The notes beneath the pieces were generated by a model. It saw only the letters and a list, made by a program, of their open reading frames with translations, ran no database searches and had not been told where the DNA came from. From IMG/VR virus record IMGVR_UViG_3300011337_000463, positions 1 to 33,020 of that record: 33,020 nucleotides of DNA. One strand, 5' to 3'. This DNA comes from a virus. Taxonomy: Duplodnaviria; Caudoviricetes. How positions within the stretch are numbered: position 1 is the stretch's first letter; every line of letters begins with the position of its first letter. Both the position numbers and the translations under genes were made by a program. Shown here in pieces: positions 16,050 to 27,049 of the stretch.

Positions 16050-17254
16050 TGATAACTCTAAACAATAAATATAAATCATTATTTGAAAACGATACTCGTT
16101 ATTTTATTATAACGGGTGGTAGAGGTTCGAGTAAATCATTCGGGGTTGGTACATTTACCAACCTTTTATCTTTTGAGGCAGGACATAAAATACTATTCAC
16201 TCGACAAACAATGACATCTGCTCACTTGTCAATTATTCCAGAGTTTCAAGAGAAGATTGATTTGATGCAGCTAAACCAAGTATTTGAGATAAACAAATCA
16301 GAGATTAAAAACAAACAATCAAATAGTGAGATTATATTTAAAGGAATAAAAACAAGTAGTGGCGACCAAACGGCAAACTTAAAATCGTTGCAGGGTGTTA
16401 CAACATGGGTGCTTGATGAAGCTGAGGAGTTAACAGATGAAACTACCTTTGATAAGATTAACTTATCTATTAGACAGAAAGGAAAACAAAATAGAGTAAT
16501 ACTAATACTTAACCCTGCTACTAAAGAGCATTGGATTTATAAACGCTTTTTTGAAGATAAAGGCGTTCCAGATGGATTTAACGGCATCAAAGATGATACT
16601 ACTTATATTCATACAACCTATTTAGATAACATTGATAATTTAGATAGTTCTTTTGTTAATGAAGTAGAACGATTACAAATATCTAATCCAAATAAATATA
16701 AACATCAAATACTCGGGGGTTGGTTATCAAAAGCGGAGGGAGTTGTTTATTCCAATTGGGTTATTGATAAATTTATAGATACTAACTTTGGTTGTTACGG
16801 TCAGGATTTTGGATTCAGTATTGACCCGACAACACTCATAAAAATATCTATTGATAAAAATAATAAACGAATTTATGCAAAAGAATGTTTATACAGACCG
16901 CAATTAACTACAACTGAAATATACAACGAAAATATAAAGCACGTTGCTAAAAACGATTTAATAGTAGCTGATAGTGCAGAACCTCGTTTGATTGCTGAAC
17001 TAAAACAACGTGGATTAAATATCAAAGGTGTTGAAAAGCCAAAGATAAAAGACCGTATCGCAATAATGCAAGACTATCAACTTGTAATAGATAGTGAAAG
17101 TATTAATCTAATTAAAGAATTAAACAACTACTGTTGGCACGACAAAAAAAGCGAAACACCAATTGATGACTACAATCACTTGCTCGATGCGTTTGGTTAT
17201 GCAGTTTGGGAAATGTTATCTAAAACTAAAAAATCTAAATTCGATATTCGCTAA
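16049..17254 (+). CDS. terL: Terminase large subunit (PBSX/SPP1-like)
   Basis: GGRGSSKS Walker A, VLDEAEE Walker B, LNP motif, QDFG and NHLLDA nuclease motifs. Confidence 0.95.
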   Translation: MITLNNKYKSLFENDTRYFIITGGRGSSKSFGVGTFTNLLSFEAGHKILFTRQTMTSAHLSIIPEFQEKIDLMQLNQVFEINKSEIKNKQSNSEIIFKGIKTSSGDQTANLKSLQGVTTWVLDEAEELTDETTFDKINLSIRQKGKQNRVILILNPATKEHWIYKRFFEDKGVPDGFNGIKDDTTYIHTTYLDNIDNLDSSFVNEVERLQISNPNKYKHQILGGWLSKAEGVVYSNWVIDKFIDTNFGCYGQDFGFSIDPTTLIKISIDKNNKRIYAKECLYRPQLTTTEIYNENIKHVAKNDLIVADSAEPRLIAELKQRGLNIKGVEKPKIKDRIAIMQDYQLVIDSESINLIKELNNYCWHDKKSETPIDDYNHLLDAFGYAVWEMLSKTKKSKFDIR

Positions 17255-17255
17255 A

Positions 17256-17284
17256 TCAAAATAGTATTTCTACGTTATTATAGT
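17256..17284 (+). promoter_or_regulatory. Late promoter motif 1
   Basis: TCAA-N11-TACGTTATTA-N4-ATG. Confidence 0.72.
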
Positions 17285-17869
17285 ATGAAATTAACTATAC
17301 CAACGTCATTAAAAGAAATACCACTAACTAAATTAGTAGAGTGGGAAAAATCCACAAAGACAGATAACGAAGCTGTATCTATATTGTGTGATATAGATAA
17401 TGTAACGCTTTTAAAGTTAAAAGATATACAAGAAATATCTGCTATTTTAAAAGATGTATTAAATTCAGAATGTGAATTTGTAAGGCGATTTACTTACAAA
17501 GGAATTACTTATGGTTTTATTCCAAACCTTGAAAACCTATCAGCAGCAGAGCATATTATTTTAGAACAAGCGATGGCATCGCCTGATACTTGGCATTTAG
17601 CTATGTCTGTATTGTACCGACCAATTACAAAGATTAAACGGAATTGGTTTAAAAGGTCAGAACCTTTCTACGATATTCAAAAATTTAAAGAACCAACCAA
17701 CGTTTTTATAGATGCTCCAAGCGTTTATTATTTAGGTGCTTGTGTTTTTTTTTTCAATTTAATGAAAGAATTAGAAAGTTATATGATAACTTATTCAACG
17801 AATATACTGAACTCGAACAAACATCTGAAAGCCGATTTAATCAAAAATGGGGGTGGTATGTTAGCGTAA
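17285..17869 (+). CDS. Probable tail assembly chaperone-like protein (frameshifting pair, first ORF)
   Basis: Contains a T10 slippery run at 17745-17754 where an overlapping -1 frame ORF opens. Confidence 0.55.
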   Translation: MKLTIPTSLKEIPLTKLVEWEKSTKTDNEAVSILCDIDNVTLLKLKDIQEISAILKDVLNSECEFVRRFTYKGITYGFIPNLENLSAAEHIILEQAMASPDTWHLAMSVLYRPITKIKRNWFKRSEPFYDIQKFKEPTNVFIDAPSVYYLGACVFFFNLMKELESYMITYSTNILNSNKHLKADLIKNGGGMLA

Positions 17870-18009
17870 GAGCATTGTGTGAATTAAGTCATAAAGAAGA
17901 AGAAGAAATATTAGAATATAATATACATAAGTTTTTACGAATACTGTCTTTTGAGAAAGATAAAGCTGATGTAGCAATGGAAATGATTAAGAAAAAAACA
18001 AAACAATGA
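17745..18009 (+). CDS. -1 frame extension of the preceding gene
   Basis: No good start of its own; opens at the T run and ends in an ATGA overlap with the next gene. Confidence 0.6.
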
Positions 18010-18461
18010 GAGGATTTTATTTAACAATACAATTATTAAAAGACTTACTTGAAGAGGATATAAATGTACATACTATTGTACATGGTTTAAAATCTACAAT
18101 GGATATAAACAAAAAAAATATATTTCCATTAGCACATTTACAGGTAACATCTTCAACTGCTGACAATCAGTATATCTCTTTTACTTTTGAGGTTGCTGTA
18201 TTGGATATAAGAAATATATCTAAAAAGATTGTAACAGATAAATTCCTGCAAAATGATAATGAACTTGATAATTTAAATACTACTCATGCTGTATTAAATA
18301 GACTTATAACTAAGTTACGATTAAGAAATAACACAGATAAGATTGAACTAAATAACATACCAACTATAACACCTATTATTTTTGAGGAGATGAATTTATT
18401 AGATGGTTGGAGAACAGAAATAGAATTAATTATTCCTAATACTGAAATCAATGTCTGTTAG
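18006..18461 (+). CDS. Putative tail completion/terminator protein
   Basis: 151 aa; FPLAHL motif; morphogenesis context. Confidence 0.45.
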   Translation: MRGFYLTIQLLKDLLEEDINVHTIVHGLKSTMDINKKNIFPLAHLQVTSSTADNQYISFTFEVAVLDIRNISKKIVTDKFLQNDNELDNLNTTHAVLNRLITKLRLRNNTDKIELNNIPTITPIIFEEMNLLDGWRTEIELIIPNTEINVC

Positions 18462-18984
18462 TAAAAAGCAAACAGAACAAGCGTTAAAGCAATTTATAAA
18501 TGAAGTTGTTTCAAAGGCACGAACTAATTTAGCAAAGCGTGGTAAAAATGCAACAGGTAATTTATCAAAGTCTATTAGTGGCGATTATAAAGTAAGTGAT
18601 AATAGTTTTGAACTTTCATTTTCTATGGAAGATTACGGAACGTTTCAAGACTTGGGAGTTAAAGGTGCAAAGTCAAGTGTTAAAGCACCGAACAGCCCTT
18701 ACAAATATGGAACAGGAACAGCACCAAAAGGAATGTTTAAAACAGCTATTAACGCTTGGGTTATTCGTAAAGGAATAGCACCAAGAGGCGAGGGAGGTAA
18801 GTTTGCAAGTCGTTCCAATATGTTATTCAATATAAGACGTTCAATTTATAATACAGGTATTAGACCGAGTATGTTTTTAACAGATGCTTTTAATTCCGGA
18901 TTTAAAGGATTAGATGAAACAATAACAGAAGCATACGGATTGGATGTTGAAACATTTTTAAAATACACTTTAAACGCTAAATAA
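18451..18984 (+). CDS. Putative neck/tail-completion protein (HK97 gp10-like)
   Basis: TGNLSKSI, YGTFQDLG, GIRPSMFL patterns. Confidence 0.6.
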   Translation: MSVSKKQTEQALKQFINEVVSKARTNLAKRGKNATGNLSKSISGDYKVSDNSFELSFSMEDYGTFQDLGVKGAKSSVKAPNSPYKYGTGTAPKGMFKTAINAWVIRKGIAPRGEGGKFASRSNMLFNIRRSIYNTGIRPSMFLTDAFNSGFKGLDETITEAYGLDVETFLKYTLNAK

Positions 18985-20897
18985 TGGATTACTCAAGTTT
19001 TATAATTACATTTAATGATATGCCTTTGGCAGATGATGTTATTAATATAAATGAATCATTAACAAGTACTGATTTATCTTTTATATTTAAAGCAGATAGA
19101 GTTAATCCATTTGAGGTTAAAATTCCAAATGCTGTAAATATTGCTCCAGATGGCGACCCTCCTTTTTATATTTATTCGGGTTATGTATCTTTAAATTATA
19201 AGACTGCTTTTGATATTGATTATAGTGGTTATACAGTTACTTATACAACAGGTGCAAGCGGAACAGGATTAGGAACAGTAACTGTAACTGCTAATTTTTT
19301 AAATGCAGAGTTTACAGAAATTGAAGTACCTACCGGAGTTAGTGTTGTTATTAATAATGCTGAACCTATACCTATTCCAATTGAAATAACAGACGTAGCT
19401 TTTACAACAAGTGACACACCTTGTGATACAGTTACGGTAACTGTAACTACAAATGTATTAGCTGTAAATGTAACATCGCCAGTTGTTATAAATCCAAATG
19501 CTGATAATCCTTTTACATTTGATTTTGCAAGAGGCGAAGAAATTACAATTTATGTTATCGATGCAGAAGATAATGATTATAGTACAACAGTTAATACGCC
19601 TCCTTTTTTAGATGCTAATTTATTTACAGTAACAACCGTTAATACAATCGAGGGTTATGTTACAACAGTTAGCAATACTTTACCAATAGGATTAAATTTA
19701 GAATATACTATCAACGGTATTGATTGGCAAGGTACAAATATATTTTACGATGTACCTTTAGGATTAAACAATATACTTGTAAGAGATAACTTTGGTTGTT
19801 TTATATCGTTAGATTTTGAAATAGAAAGAATTATACTTCCTATTTATGTACGTTCAACATATTCGTTAAGAATGACTCCAGCAGTTGCTTTTGATGCTGC
19901 ACAGTTAGATGTTTATACTTATACAGGCAATGTAAATAATGAACCTGTTACGCCTGATTATACACTTACTAAACCAGTTGTTGAATTAGGACAAACATCT
20001 ATTTCATTTGATATTAATTATTTAGCATCTGAAAAAACACAGCCCGACATTGCAGGTTATATTTTAAGTGGTTTGCAAAATACAAATACAACAGATACTT
20101 GTTGGATGAAAACATCAGGTACTTGTTTTAATGGCGAAGAAGAAGTTTATTCTATTTCAAGTATCATTATTTGTATGTATGGTTATGGTAGATTTACACA
20201 AGGATATAATCCAACAATCGACAAGCCAGTATTGATTACCAATTTAAATCAAAGACACTTTCAAGGTTATGATAATCGTATTTATTTTATAACAGATAAA
20301 TTAACATCTATTGATGTAACTAATAGCGATGGAACTATAAACATACCTATAACTGCTAATTTAGATTATAATTATGAGTATGTACAATCTATAAATATAA
20401 AAGACTATGATACATTTGGAAATGTAACAGTTGTTTTTAATTATGAAGATAGCGTAACTTATACATTACTATTTGAAGTATTAGAAGAATGTAAATACGA
20501 TGTAATCAATTGTGTATTTATAAATAGATACGGTTTTCCTCAATCTTTTTTCTTCAACAAAGTATCTAAATATACGGATGACGTTACCGATGAAGATTAC
20601 AGAGGTTTAACTGCACAGTTTGGAGTTTATGATACAACACAACATCAGTATGTAAATTATAATTTAAATGGAAGAACTAAAATAGATGTTAACACAGATT
20701 ATTTAACAGATGTTGAAAATGAAAATGTAAAGCAACTTTTATATTCTGAAAAGAAATGGTTTATACAAAATGATATTGTTTATCCTGTTAATTTAGAAAC
20801 TAAATCTATTAGCTATAAAACTTCATTAAACGAAAAGTTAATACAATATGCAATGAGTTTTAAATATTCATTTGATGATATAAACAACGTTCAATGA
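18984..20897 (+). CDS. Tail tip/structural protein with Thr/Val-rich beta-sandwich domains
   Basis: 637 aa, acidic and beta-rich; C-terminal FINRYG motif; context. Confidence 0.6.
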   Translation: MDYSSFIITFNDMPLADDVININESLTSTDLSFIFKADRVNPFEVKIPNAVNIAPDGDPPFYIYSGYVSLNYKTAFDIDYSGYTVTYTTGASGTGLGTVTVTANFLNAEFTEIEVPTGVSVVINNAEPIPIPIEITDVAFTTSDTPCDTVTVTVTTNVLAVNVTSPVVINPNADNPFTFDFARGEEITIYVIDAEDNDYSTTVNTPPFLDANLFTVTTVNTIEGYVTTVSNTLPIGLNLEYTINGIDWQGTNIFYDVPLGLNNILVRDNFGCFISLDFEIERIILPIYVRSTYSLRMTPAVAFDAAQLDVYTYTGNVNNEPVTPDYTLTKPVVELGQTSISFDINYLASEKTQPDIAGYILSGLQNTNTTDTCWMKTSGTCFNGEEEVYSISSIIICMYGYGRFTQGYNPTIDKPVLITNLNQRHFQGYDNRIYFITDKLTSIDVTNSDGTINIPITANLDYNYEYVQSINIKDYDTFGNVTVVFNYEDSVTYTLLFEVLEECKYDVINCVFINRYGFPQSFFFNKVSKYTDDVTDEDYRGLTAQFGVYDTTQHQYVNYNLNGRTKIDVNTDYLTDVENENVKQLLYSEKKWFIQNDIVYPVNLETKSISYKTSLNEKLIQYAMSFKYSFDDINNVQ

Positions 20898-23263
20898 TAA
20901 GCACAAAGTTATACATATCGGGTAAAGAAGTAGATTTTTTTAAGGATGAGAACATAGAATTGAACTCAACCGTTCAAAATATTGCTGATATTTCTAAAAC
21001 TTTTAGCGATTTTACTCAAAATTTTACAGTTCCTGCAAGTAAAAACAATAATAATATCTTCCAACATTACTATAATTCAGATGTTGATGGTACTTTTAAT
21101 GCTAATATTCGAGTAGAAGCGTCTATTGAAATAGGTAATTTGCCTTTTAGATATGGCGTTATACAACTTGAGGATGTTAAAATGAAGAATATGCAGCCAT
21201 CAAGTTATAGTTTGCGTTTCTTTTCAAAGGTTGTAAACTTGTCAGATAGGTTTGGAGAAGAAGAATTGACAAAATTAGACTTAACAGATTATAATCATTC
21301 GTTTACAACAGATATTTTAGAAGCTACATACGATGAAACAATAAGCGGTGGCGATATTTATTATCCTTTAATTTCATCAATTAGAAACTTTGAAGTAGGA
21401 ACTGCTGATGGTAACGATATTACTACTGTTGGAGGAAAGATTAGATATGTAGATTTAAAACCCGCTATTAGATTAATACGATTAATTGAAGCGATTGAAA
21501 CAAAGTATAACTTTACTTTTTCACGTGATTTTTTAGGGCGTGCATCTTTTGGTAATTTATTTATGTGGTGTCATAATACTGAAAATAAATTAACAGTAGC
21601 AAATGACCCTGCAATTTCAACAGTAGTAGATTTGACAAGTGCAGGAGATTTAGGTTTTTATGGAGTAACTGTAAACACTACAACAAATGTCGTAGATTTT
21701 CCATCCGGTATTCCTTTAAGATTAAGATTAAATGTTACGCCAGAAGCTGGATTTGAAGATGTTGTTTATAATGTTTATATCACAGATGAATTTGATGTAG
21801 TATTAAATAGTTTTGTAAATTTTACAGGAACTACAAATAATGTTTTTAGAAATGTAAATGTAGCAAGAAAATTTAAATTTAGAGTTTCAAGTAATTCGCC
21901 TTTTGACTTTACAGTTAGAATAGCAGTTGATAATAGAATATATCCAATTGTTACAAAAATAGCAACGCAAGGAATAACAAGCATAGTAGGAAACGTTTCT
22001 ATTGCGGCTAATATGCCAAAGATAAAAGTAAAAGATTTTATCAGCTCTATTATTAAAATGTTTAATTTAGTTTTAATTCCAAACGGATTTGGCAATTTTA
22101 CTTTAATACCTTTAGATGATTGGTACGCAAACGGCAAAGGAATTAATATTACTAAATATGTAGATAGCAAAGAGGTTACTGTTAAACGACCAAAGTTATT
22201 TAAGAAGCTTGACTTTATGCATCAAAAGTCAGGGCAAATATTAAATGAACAATTTAGAGAAAATAACGGAGGTTTATTAGGTTATGGCGATTTAGGAACA
22301 ACATACGATATTGATGGTACTGATTTAAAAATAGAAACGCAATTTGATAATCTTATGTTTGAAAGATTAACAGATAGAACAACACTTGATATTACAAATA
22401 TACAAGTAGGCAAATCTATTAATAAAACACTTCAACCATATTTAGGCAAACCATTTATATTTTACAGAAATGGTTATCAGTTTTATGATACACCGATTAA
22501 AACAAATGCTGGATTTGATTTAACGTACACATGGCAAACAGCAACAGAAAACGATGTAATACTTGAACAAGTTAGACAATCGGTTAATTTTTCAACAGAC
22601 CCTTCTACATTCTTTTTTGCAGAAATAGATAAAAATTTATTCAGCAATTATTGGCAAGATTATATTTCAGATTTATATTCTACAAAAAGAAGAATATACA
22701 ATTATAAATGTAAACTACCAATAGCAACGCTTATAAATATCAACTTAAATGATAGGATTGTTATTTCAGATAAGGCGTATATTATAAATAATATGCGTTC
22801 TAATTTAACAACAGGCGAAGTTAATTTTGAACTTTTAAATTACATTGGAAATCCATTATCTTCTGATGTAAATGCAATTCCCTTTACTGCTGATACAATA
22901 GAATATTCTGCTGACAACGATATATTAACTGCTGATATGGAATATATTATAACAGGTATATTATCATCAGAACCAAACGGAATAGAATATGACCAAGTAT
23001 TAGCTACTATTGCACAACAAAAATATGATTTAAAAATAACTGCAAATCAAGAATATTTAGTTACAAAAGTAGATACAGGCGATGGCACAGGATGGGTTAC
23101 TTTAGAGAATGAAACAGGTTTAAAAACAGGAATATTAGTTATAAATGTAGACAAATATACATCAGCTTTATCTGATTTAGAACTTGTTAGAAGTATGGAA
23201 TTGAATATAAATATAGCTGATGAAGATTTTACTTTTACAATAACACAACAACAAATAACATGA
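20894..23263 (+). CDS. Tail tip/hub protein
   Basis: 789 aa; FTQNFTVPAS, NMPKIKVKDFI...KMFNL; precedes tape measure. Confidence 0.62.
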   Translation: MISTKLYISGKEVDFFKDENIELNSTVQNIADISKTFSDFTQNFTVPASKNNNNIFQHYYNSDVDGTFNANIRVEASIEIGNLPFRYGVIQLEDVKMKNMQPSSYSLRFFSKVVNLSDRFGEEELTKLDLTDYNHSFTTDILEATYDETISGGDIYYPLISSIRNFEVGTADGNDITTVGGKIRYVDLKPAIRLIRLIEAIETKYNFTFSRDFLGRASFGNLFMWCHNTENKLTVANDPAISTVVDLTSAGDLGFYGVTVNTTTNVVDFPSGIPLRLRLNVTPEAGFEDVVYNVYITDEFDVVLNSFVNFTGTTNNVFRNVNVARKFKFRVSSNSPFDFTVRIAVDNRIYPIVTKIATQGITSIVGNVSIAANMPKIKVKDFISSIIKMFNLVLIPNGFGNFTLIPLDDWYANGKGINITKYVDSKEVTVKRPKLFKKLDFMHQKSGQILNEQFRENNGGLLGYGDLGTTYDIDGTDLKIETQFDNLMFERLTDRTTLDITNIQVGKSINKTLQPYLGKPFIFYRNGYQFYDTPIKTNAGFDLTYTWQTATENDVILEQVRQSVNFSTDPSTFFFAEIDKNLFSNYWQDYISDLYSTKRRIYNYKCKLPIATLININLNDRIVISDKAYIINNMRSNLTTGEVNFELLNYIGNPLSSDVNAIPFTADTIEYSADNDILTADMEYIITGILSSEPNGIEYDQVLATIAQQKYDLKITANQEYLVTKVDTGDGTGWVTLENETGLKTGILVINVDKYTSALSDLELVRSMELNINIADEDFTFTITQQQIT

Positions 23264-23421
23264 TAGCAGATATAATAAAACTATTAAATAGTTTAGATTT
23301 TTATGGAGCAAGTGATACTATTCAATTTGCAAAAGGAGCTTATCGTTGTCCAACATCTGTAAAAGAAAATTTTAGCCATTACAAAAGATGGATTTACATA
23401 ATTTTTAATAATAAGAAATAA
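23260..23421 (+). CDS. Hypothetical 53-aa protein (not in ORF track)
   Basis: MIADIIKLLNSLDFYG...; ATGA and TAATG overlaps on both sides. Confidence 0.7.
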   Translation: MIADIIKLLNSLDFYGASDTIQFAKGAYRCPTSVKENFSHYKRWIYIIFNNKK

Positions 23422-25469
23422 TGGCAATAAAAAAAGTTATAGAAATTGATGTTGATGTTGTAAAAGCTGCTGGAGGTCTTGACAATTTTACAAAGAATTT
23501 TAAAGAAACTGAAACAGCGGCAAAATCTTTAAAAGCACAACTTCGTGAGGCACAACAAGAAGTTGCACAACTTTCTGAAAAGTTTGGAGCAACATCTCGT
23601 GAGGCGGTTGAGGCTGCAAAGAAAGCAGCTTTATTAAAAGATAGAATTGGAGATGCAAAAACACTTACCGATGCGTTTAATCCTGATGCAAAGTTTAAAG
23701 CATTAAGCGGTGCTTTAACGGGTGTTGCTGGTGGATTTAGTGTTGTTACTGGTGCGATGGGTACACTTGGAGCAGAAAGCGAAAGCACACAAGAAGCTAT
23801 TTTAAAAGTGCAGTCAGCTATGGCAATAGCAAGTGGAGCACAAGCAGTTGGAGAAAGTGTTGACCAATTTAGACAACTTGGAGCAGTTGTAAAATCTTAT
23901 TCAATAGTACAGAAAGTAGTAACTGCTGCACAATGGTTATTTAATGCTGCTATGGCTGCAAATCCAATAGGTGCTATTGTAGCTGCTGTTGCTGCTCTTA
24001 TTGCTGCTGGATATGCTCTTATAAAAATGTTTCAAGCTTCAAGTGCAGCAGCCGAGGCAAGTGCTAAATCAAACGCTAAATTAAGCAATGAAATTAAAAA
24101 CTTAAAAGAGCAAACTGAAAAATCTAATATAGAGAGTGAATTAAGTAGAGATACGCAGTTGAGAATGGCTAAAGCATCTGGACAAAGTGCTGATGCAATT
24201 AGAAAATTATCTGAACAATTAGCAATGCAGGAGGTTATTGAAAAAAGACTAAATGCAGTTAAAGCACAATCTTTATTTTTAGAAGCTCGTAGAAAATCAG
24301 AAGCTGACAAAGATAACGAGGCGTTACAAGAAACAACCAAAGCTGCTAAAAAAGCTTTTGATGAACAAAATAAAATATACAACGATGCTTTATTGGAGCG
24401 TAGAAAATTAATAATTTCAAATAGAGTTGAAGAAGTACAGGAGAGAACAAACGCAAATAAAAAAGCTAAAGAAGATGCTGAAAAATTAAGTACAGAACAA
24501 ATTGCAGAAAAGAAAAAAACAGATGAAGAATTAAGAAAAGCGGAAGAAGATAGAATAAAAAGCATAGCTAAATTAGAAGAAGATTATATAAAAGAACTTC
24601 AAAATATTAATGCTAAATCCGACCAAGAGAAATTAGATTTACAAAAGAAAAGAGAATTAGAAGAAATTAATTCTCTTACAAAAACAGCACAAGAAAAAGA
24701 AAGTCTGTTACGATTATTTGATGAAAAATATATTACGCTTCAACAAGAATTAGACGCTAAAAATGCGGAGGCAACAAGAGTAAAATTAGAAGAAGAAACA
24801 GCTTTAAGAATTGAAAAAGAAGATGCGGAATGGTTACGTTATCAGGAATTGACTTTATCAAAAGCCGATTATGATAAGTTATTATTAACGCAAAAGTATG
24901 AAGAAGAATATTTAGCAGCAGAGGGCAATGCTGCACTTCAAAAAGAATTACAAGAAAAATTAGCAACTGATATAAATGCTATTGACCAAAAAACAGCAGA
25001 ACAAAAGAAAATATTAAGACAACAAGAAATACAAGCTGCTGGACAAACATTCGGAATTTTAGCGGATTTAATGGGCAAGCAATCTAAAGCAGGAAAAGCT
25101 TTTGCGGTTGCTCAAGCATTAATAAATACTTATCAAGGTATTACAGCAGGTTTAAAATTAGGCTATCCGATGGCAATACCAGCGGTTGCATTAGCTGCTG
25201 TAACAGGTTTTGCAGCAGTAAAAAATATATTAAAGACAGACCCAAAAAGCGGAACAGGTGGTTCAACATCAGCACCAAGTGGAGGAGGTGGAGGAGAAAC
25301 ACAAGCACCTCCGCAATTTAATTTAGTAGGTCAATCATCTACAAATCAATTAGCATCTACAATAGCTGGACAACAAAATAAACCTATGCAAACATATGTC
25401 GTAGGAAATCAAGTTACTACACAACAATCTTTAGATAGAAACGCTGTGCAAACATCAACATTTGGTTAA
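23421..25469 (+). CDS. Tail tape measure protein
   Basis: Ala-rich helical protein; QWLFNAAMAANPIG motif; long coiled coil. Confidence 0.85.
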   Translation: MAIKKVIEIDVDVVKAAGGLDNFTKNFKETETAAKSLKAQLREAQQEVAQLSEKFGATSREAVEAAKKAALLKDRIGDAKTLTDAFNPDAKFKALSGALTGVAGGFSVVTGAMGTLGAESESTQEAILKVQSAMAIASGAQAVGESVDQFRQLGAVVKSYSIVQKVVTAAQWLFNAAMAANPIGAIVAAVAALIAAGYALIKMFQASSAAAEASAKSNAKLSNEIKNLKEQTEKSNIESELSRDTQLRMAKASGQSADAIRKLSEQLAMQEVIEKRLNAVKAQSLFLEARRKSEADKDNEALQETTKAAKKAFDEQNKIYNDALLERRKLIISNRVEEVQERTNANKKAKEDAEKLSTEQIAEKKKTDEELRKAEEDRIKSIAKLEEDYIKELQNINAKSDQEKLDLQKKRELEEINSLTKTAQEKESLLRLFDEKYITLQQELDAKNAEATRVKLEEETALRIEKEDAEWLRYQELTLSKADYDKLLLTQKYEEEYLAAEGNAALQKELQEKLATDINAIDQKTAEQKKILRQQEIQAAGQTFGILADLMGKQSKAGKAFAVAQALINTYQGITAGLKLGYPMAIPAVALAAVTGFAAVKNILKTDPKSGTGGSTSAPSGGGGGETQAPPQFNLVGQSSTNQLASTIAGQQNKPMQTYVVGNQVTTQQSLDRNAVQTSTFG

Positions 25470-25478
25470 AAAAATACG

Positions 25479-25507
25479 TCAATAAAAAATTAATACGTTA
25501 TTACATT
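25479..25507 (+). promoter_or_regulatory. Late promoter motif 2
   Basis: TCAA-N11-TACGTTATTA-N4-ATG. Confidence 0.72.
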
Positions 25508-26608
25508 ATGAAACTATTTGAATTAGTACTATCAAATGAAGATTTACAAGGCGTGGATTGCATTTCTGTTGTAGAAGAAGCAGCTATGGAAGCTAAATTT
25601 ATTGCTTTATCTTCTGAAAAAAAGTTTGAATTTAAAGAAGTAGATAAAAAGAAATTGATATTAATGGGTATCATTATGAAGCCCAATAAAGAAATTTTAA
25701 GAATCGACCAAGATACAAACGAACAATATAAAGTTTTCTTTTCAGAGCAAACAATAAGACGAGTATCTGAATTATATTTTAAAAAAGGCAATCAAAGAAA
25801 CTTTAATTTAGAACATAATTCAAGCGAAAAATTAACAGGATATTTAACAGAAAGTTGGATTGTTGAAGATACAAAAAAAGACAAATCAGCTCTTTATAAT
25901 TTAGGTGCAGAAGTTGGCGATTGGGTTGGTACACTAAAATTTGATAGCGAAGAAGAATATAATAAAGCACTTCAATCAGGGACAGGTTTTTCGATTGAGG
26001 GTTTATTTGAAGAAAAAATAACTTTAAAAAAAGAGGATATGGATTTTAAACAATTGAAAGAAGAACTTGTAACTGAACTAAAACAAATGTTCACAAAACA
26101 AGTTAAGTTAGGTCAACTGAAATCAGAGGATGGAAGTATGACTTTTGAATTTGATGGCGATGCTCCAACGGTAGGAATGGCAATCGCAATAGTAACACCA
26201 GAGGGTAATGTTCCGTTGCCTGTTGGAGAATATGTTATGGAAAATGGAGCAACTGTAAAAGTTACTGAAGTAGGTGTAATTGCAGAAGTATCCGCAAAAG
26301 AAGATGTTGTTCAAGAAGATATGCAACAACCACAAGCACCAACTATGTCAGATGTATCTGAATTGAAAAATGCTATTAGTTCAATGTTGATTAAATTTAA
26401 TCAAGACATGGAAGTAAGATTATCTTCTATTGAAACTAATTTAAATGCACAAAAACAAGAAAATGAAAATTTGAAAGTTGAACTTTCAAAAACTCCAGCA
26501 GTTGAAAAAACAGTAACAGCACCTTTTGAAAAAAGTTCAAAAGTAGAACTTTCATTAATGAGTAAAGCACAAAGATTACAATACACAATTAATCAAACAA
26601 AAAAATAA
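25508..26608 (+). CDS. Prohead serine protease (XkdF-like) fused to a scaffold region
   Basis: NLEH, ESWIVED, GFSIEG motifs; acidic coiled-coil C-terminus; upstream of capsid. Confidence 0.75.
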   Translation: MKLFELVLSNEDLQGVDCISVVEEAAMEAKFIALSSEKKFEFKEVDKKKLILMGIIMKPNKEILRIDQDTNEQYKVFFSEQTIRRVSELYFKKGNQRNFNLEHNSSEKLTGYLTESWIVEDTKKDKSALYNLGAEVGDWVGTLKFDSEEEYNKALQSGTGFSIEGLFEEKITLKKEDMDFKQLKEELVTELKQMFTKQVKLGQLKSEDGSMTFEFDGDAPTVGMAIAIVTPEGNVPLPVGEYVMENGATVKVTEVGVIAEVSAKEDVVQEDMQQPQAPTMSDVSELKNAISSMLIKFNQDMEVRLSSIETNLNAQKQENENLKVELSKTPAVEKTVTAPFEKSSKVELSLMSKAQRLQYTINQTKK

Positions 26609-26611
26609 AAA

Positions 26612-27019
26612 ATGGCAACAACAACAACAACAGTAGCGGGAAATCAACCGCTTTTAGATTTAACAAAAACATTATCAGTAGCGGGAGCATTAACAATTGA
26701 TGATAGTGGATATGTATGTTATTTAAAATCAGCAACAGGTAGAGCAATTACTTTGCCAGCACCAACAGCAGGTTTTAAAGTTAAAGTAAGCACAGCACAA
26801 GTTTTCGCAACATCTGCATGGACATTTACCTCAACAGGTGCGAACATAAGAGGTGGAGCAATCGTAAATAGTACATTTGTACCAAGTGCAGGAACAACAA
26901 CAGTTACACTTTCAGCATCTGCAGAAACTTTAGGCGATTTTTTCGAATTAACATCTGACGGAACATCTTACTTTATTAATGGCAATTTTGCCACAGCAGC
27001 AGCTTGCACATTTTCATAA
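26612..27019 (+). CDS. Putative capsid decoration/head fibre protein
   Basis: Thr/Ala/Gly-rich beta protein with ITLPAP and SDGTSYF motifs; between scaffold and capsid genes. Confidence 0.5.
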   Translation: MATTTTTVAGNQPLLDLTKTLSVAGALTIDDSGYVCYLKSATGRAITLPAPTAGFKVKVSTAQVFATSAWTFTSTGANIRGGAIVNSTFVPSAGTTTVTLSASAETLGDFFELTSDGTSYFINGNFATAAACTFS

Positions 27020-27049
27020 TTAAATAATAATATAAAAACATAAATAACA

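Noticed and set aside
26606-26614. Stop read-through from scaffold into the decoration gene (TAA AAA ATG in frame)
   Set aside because: One-in-three chance; TAA is rarely read through and the downstream ATG is adequate
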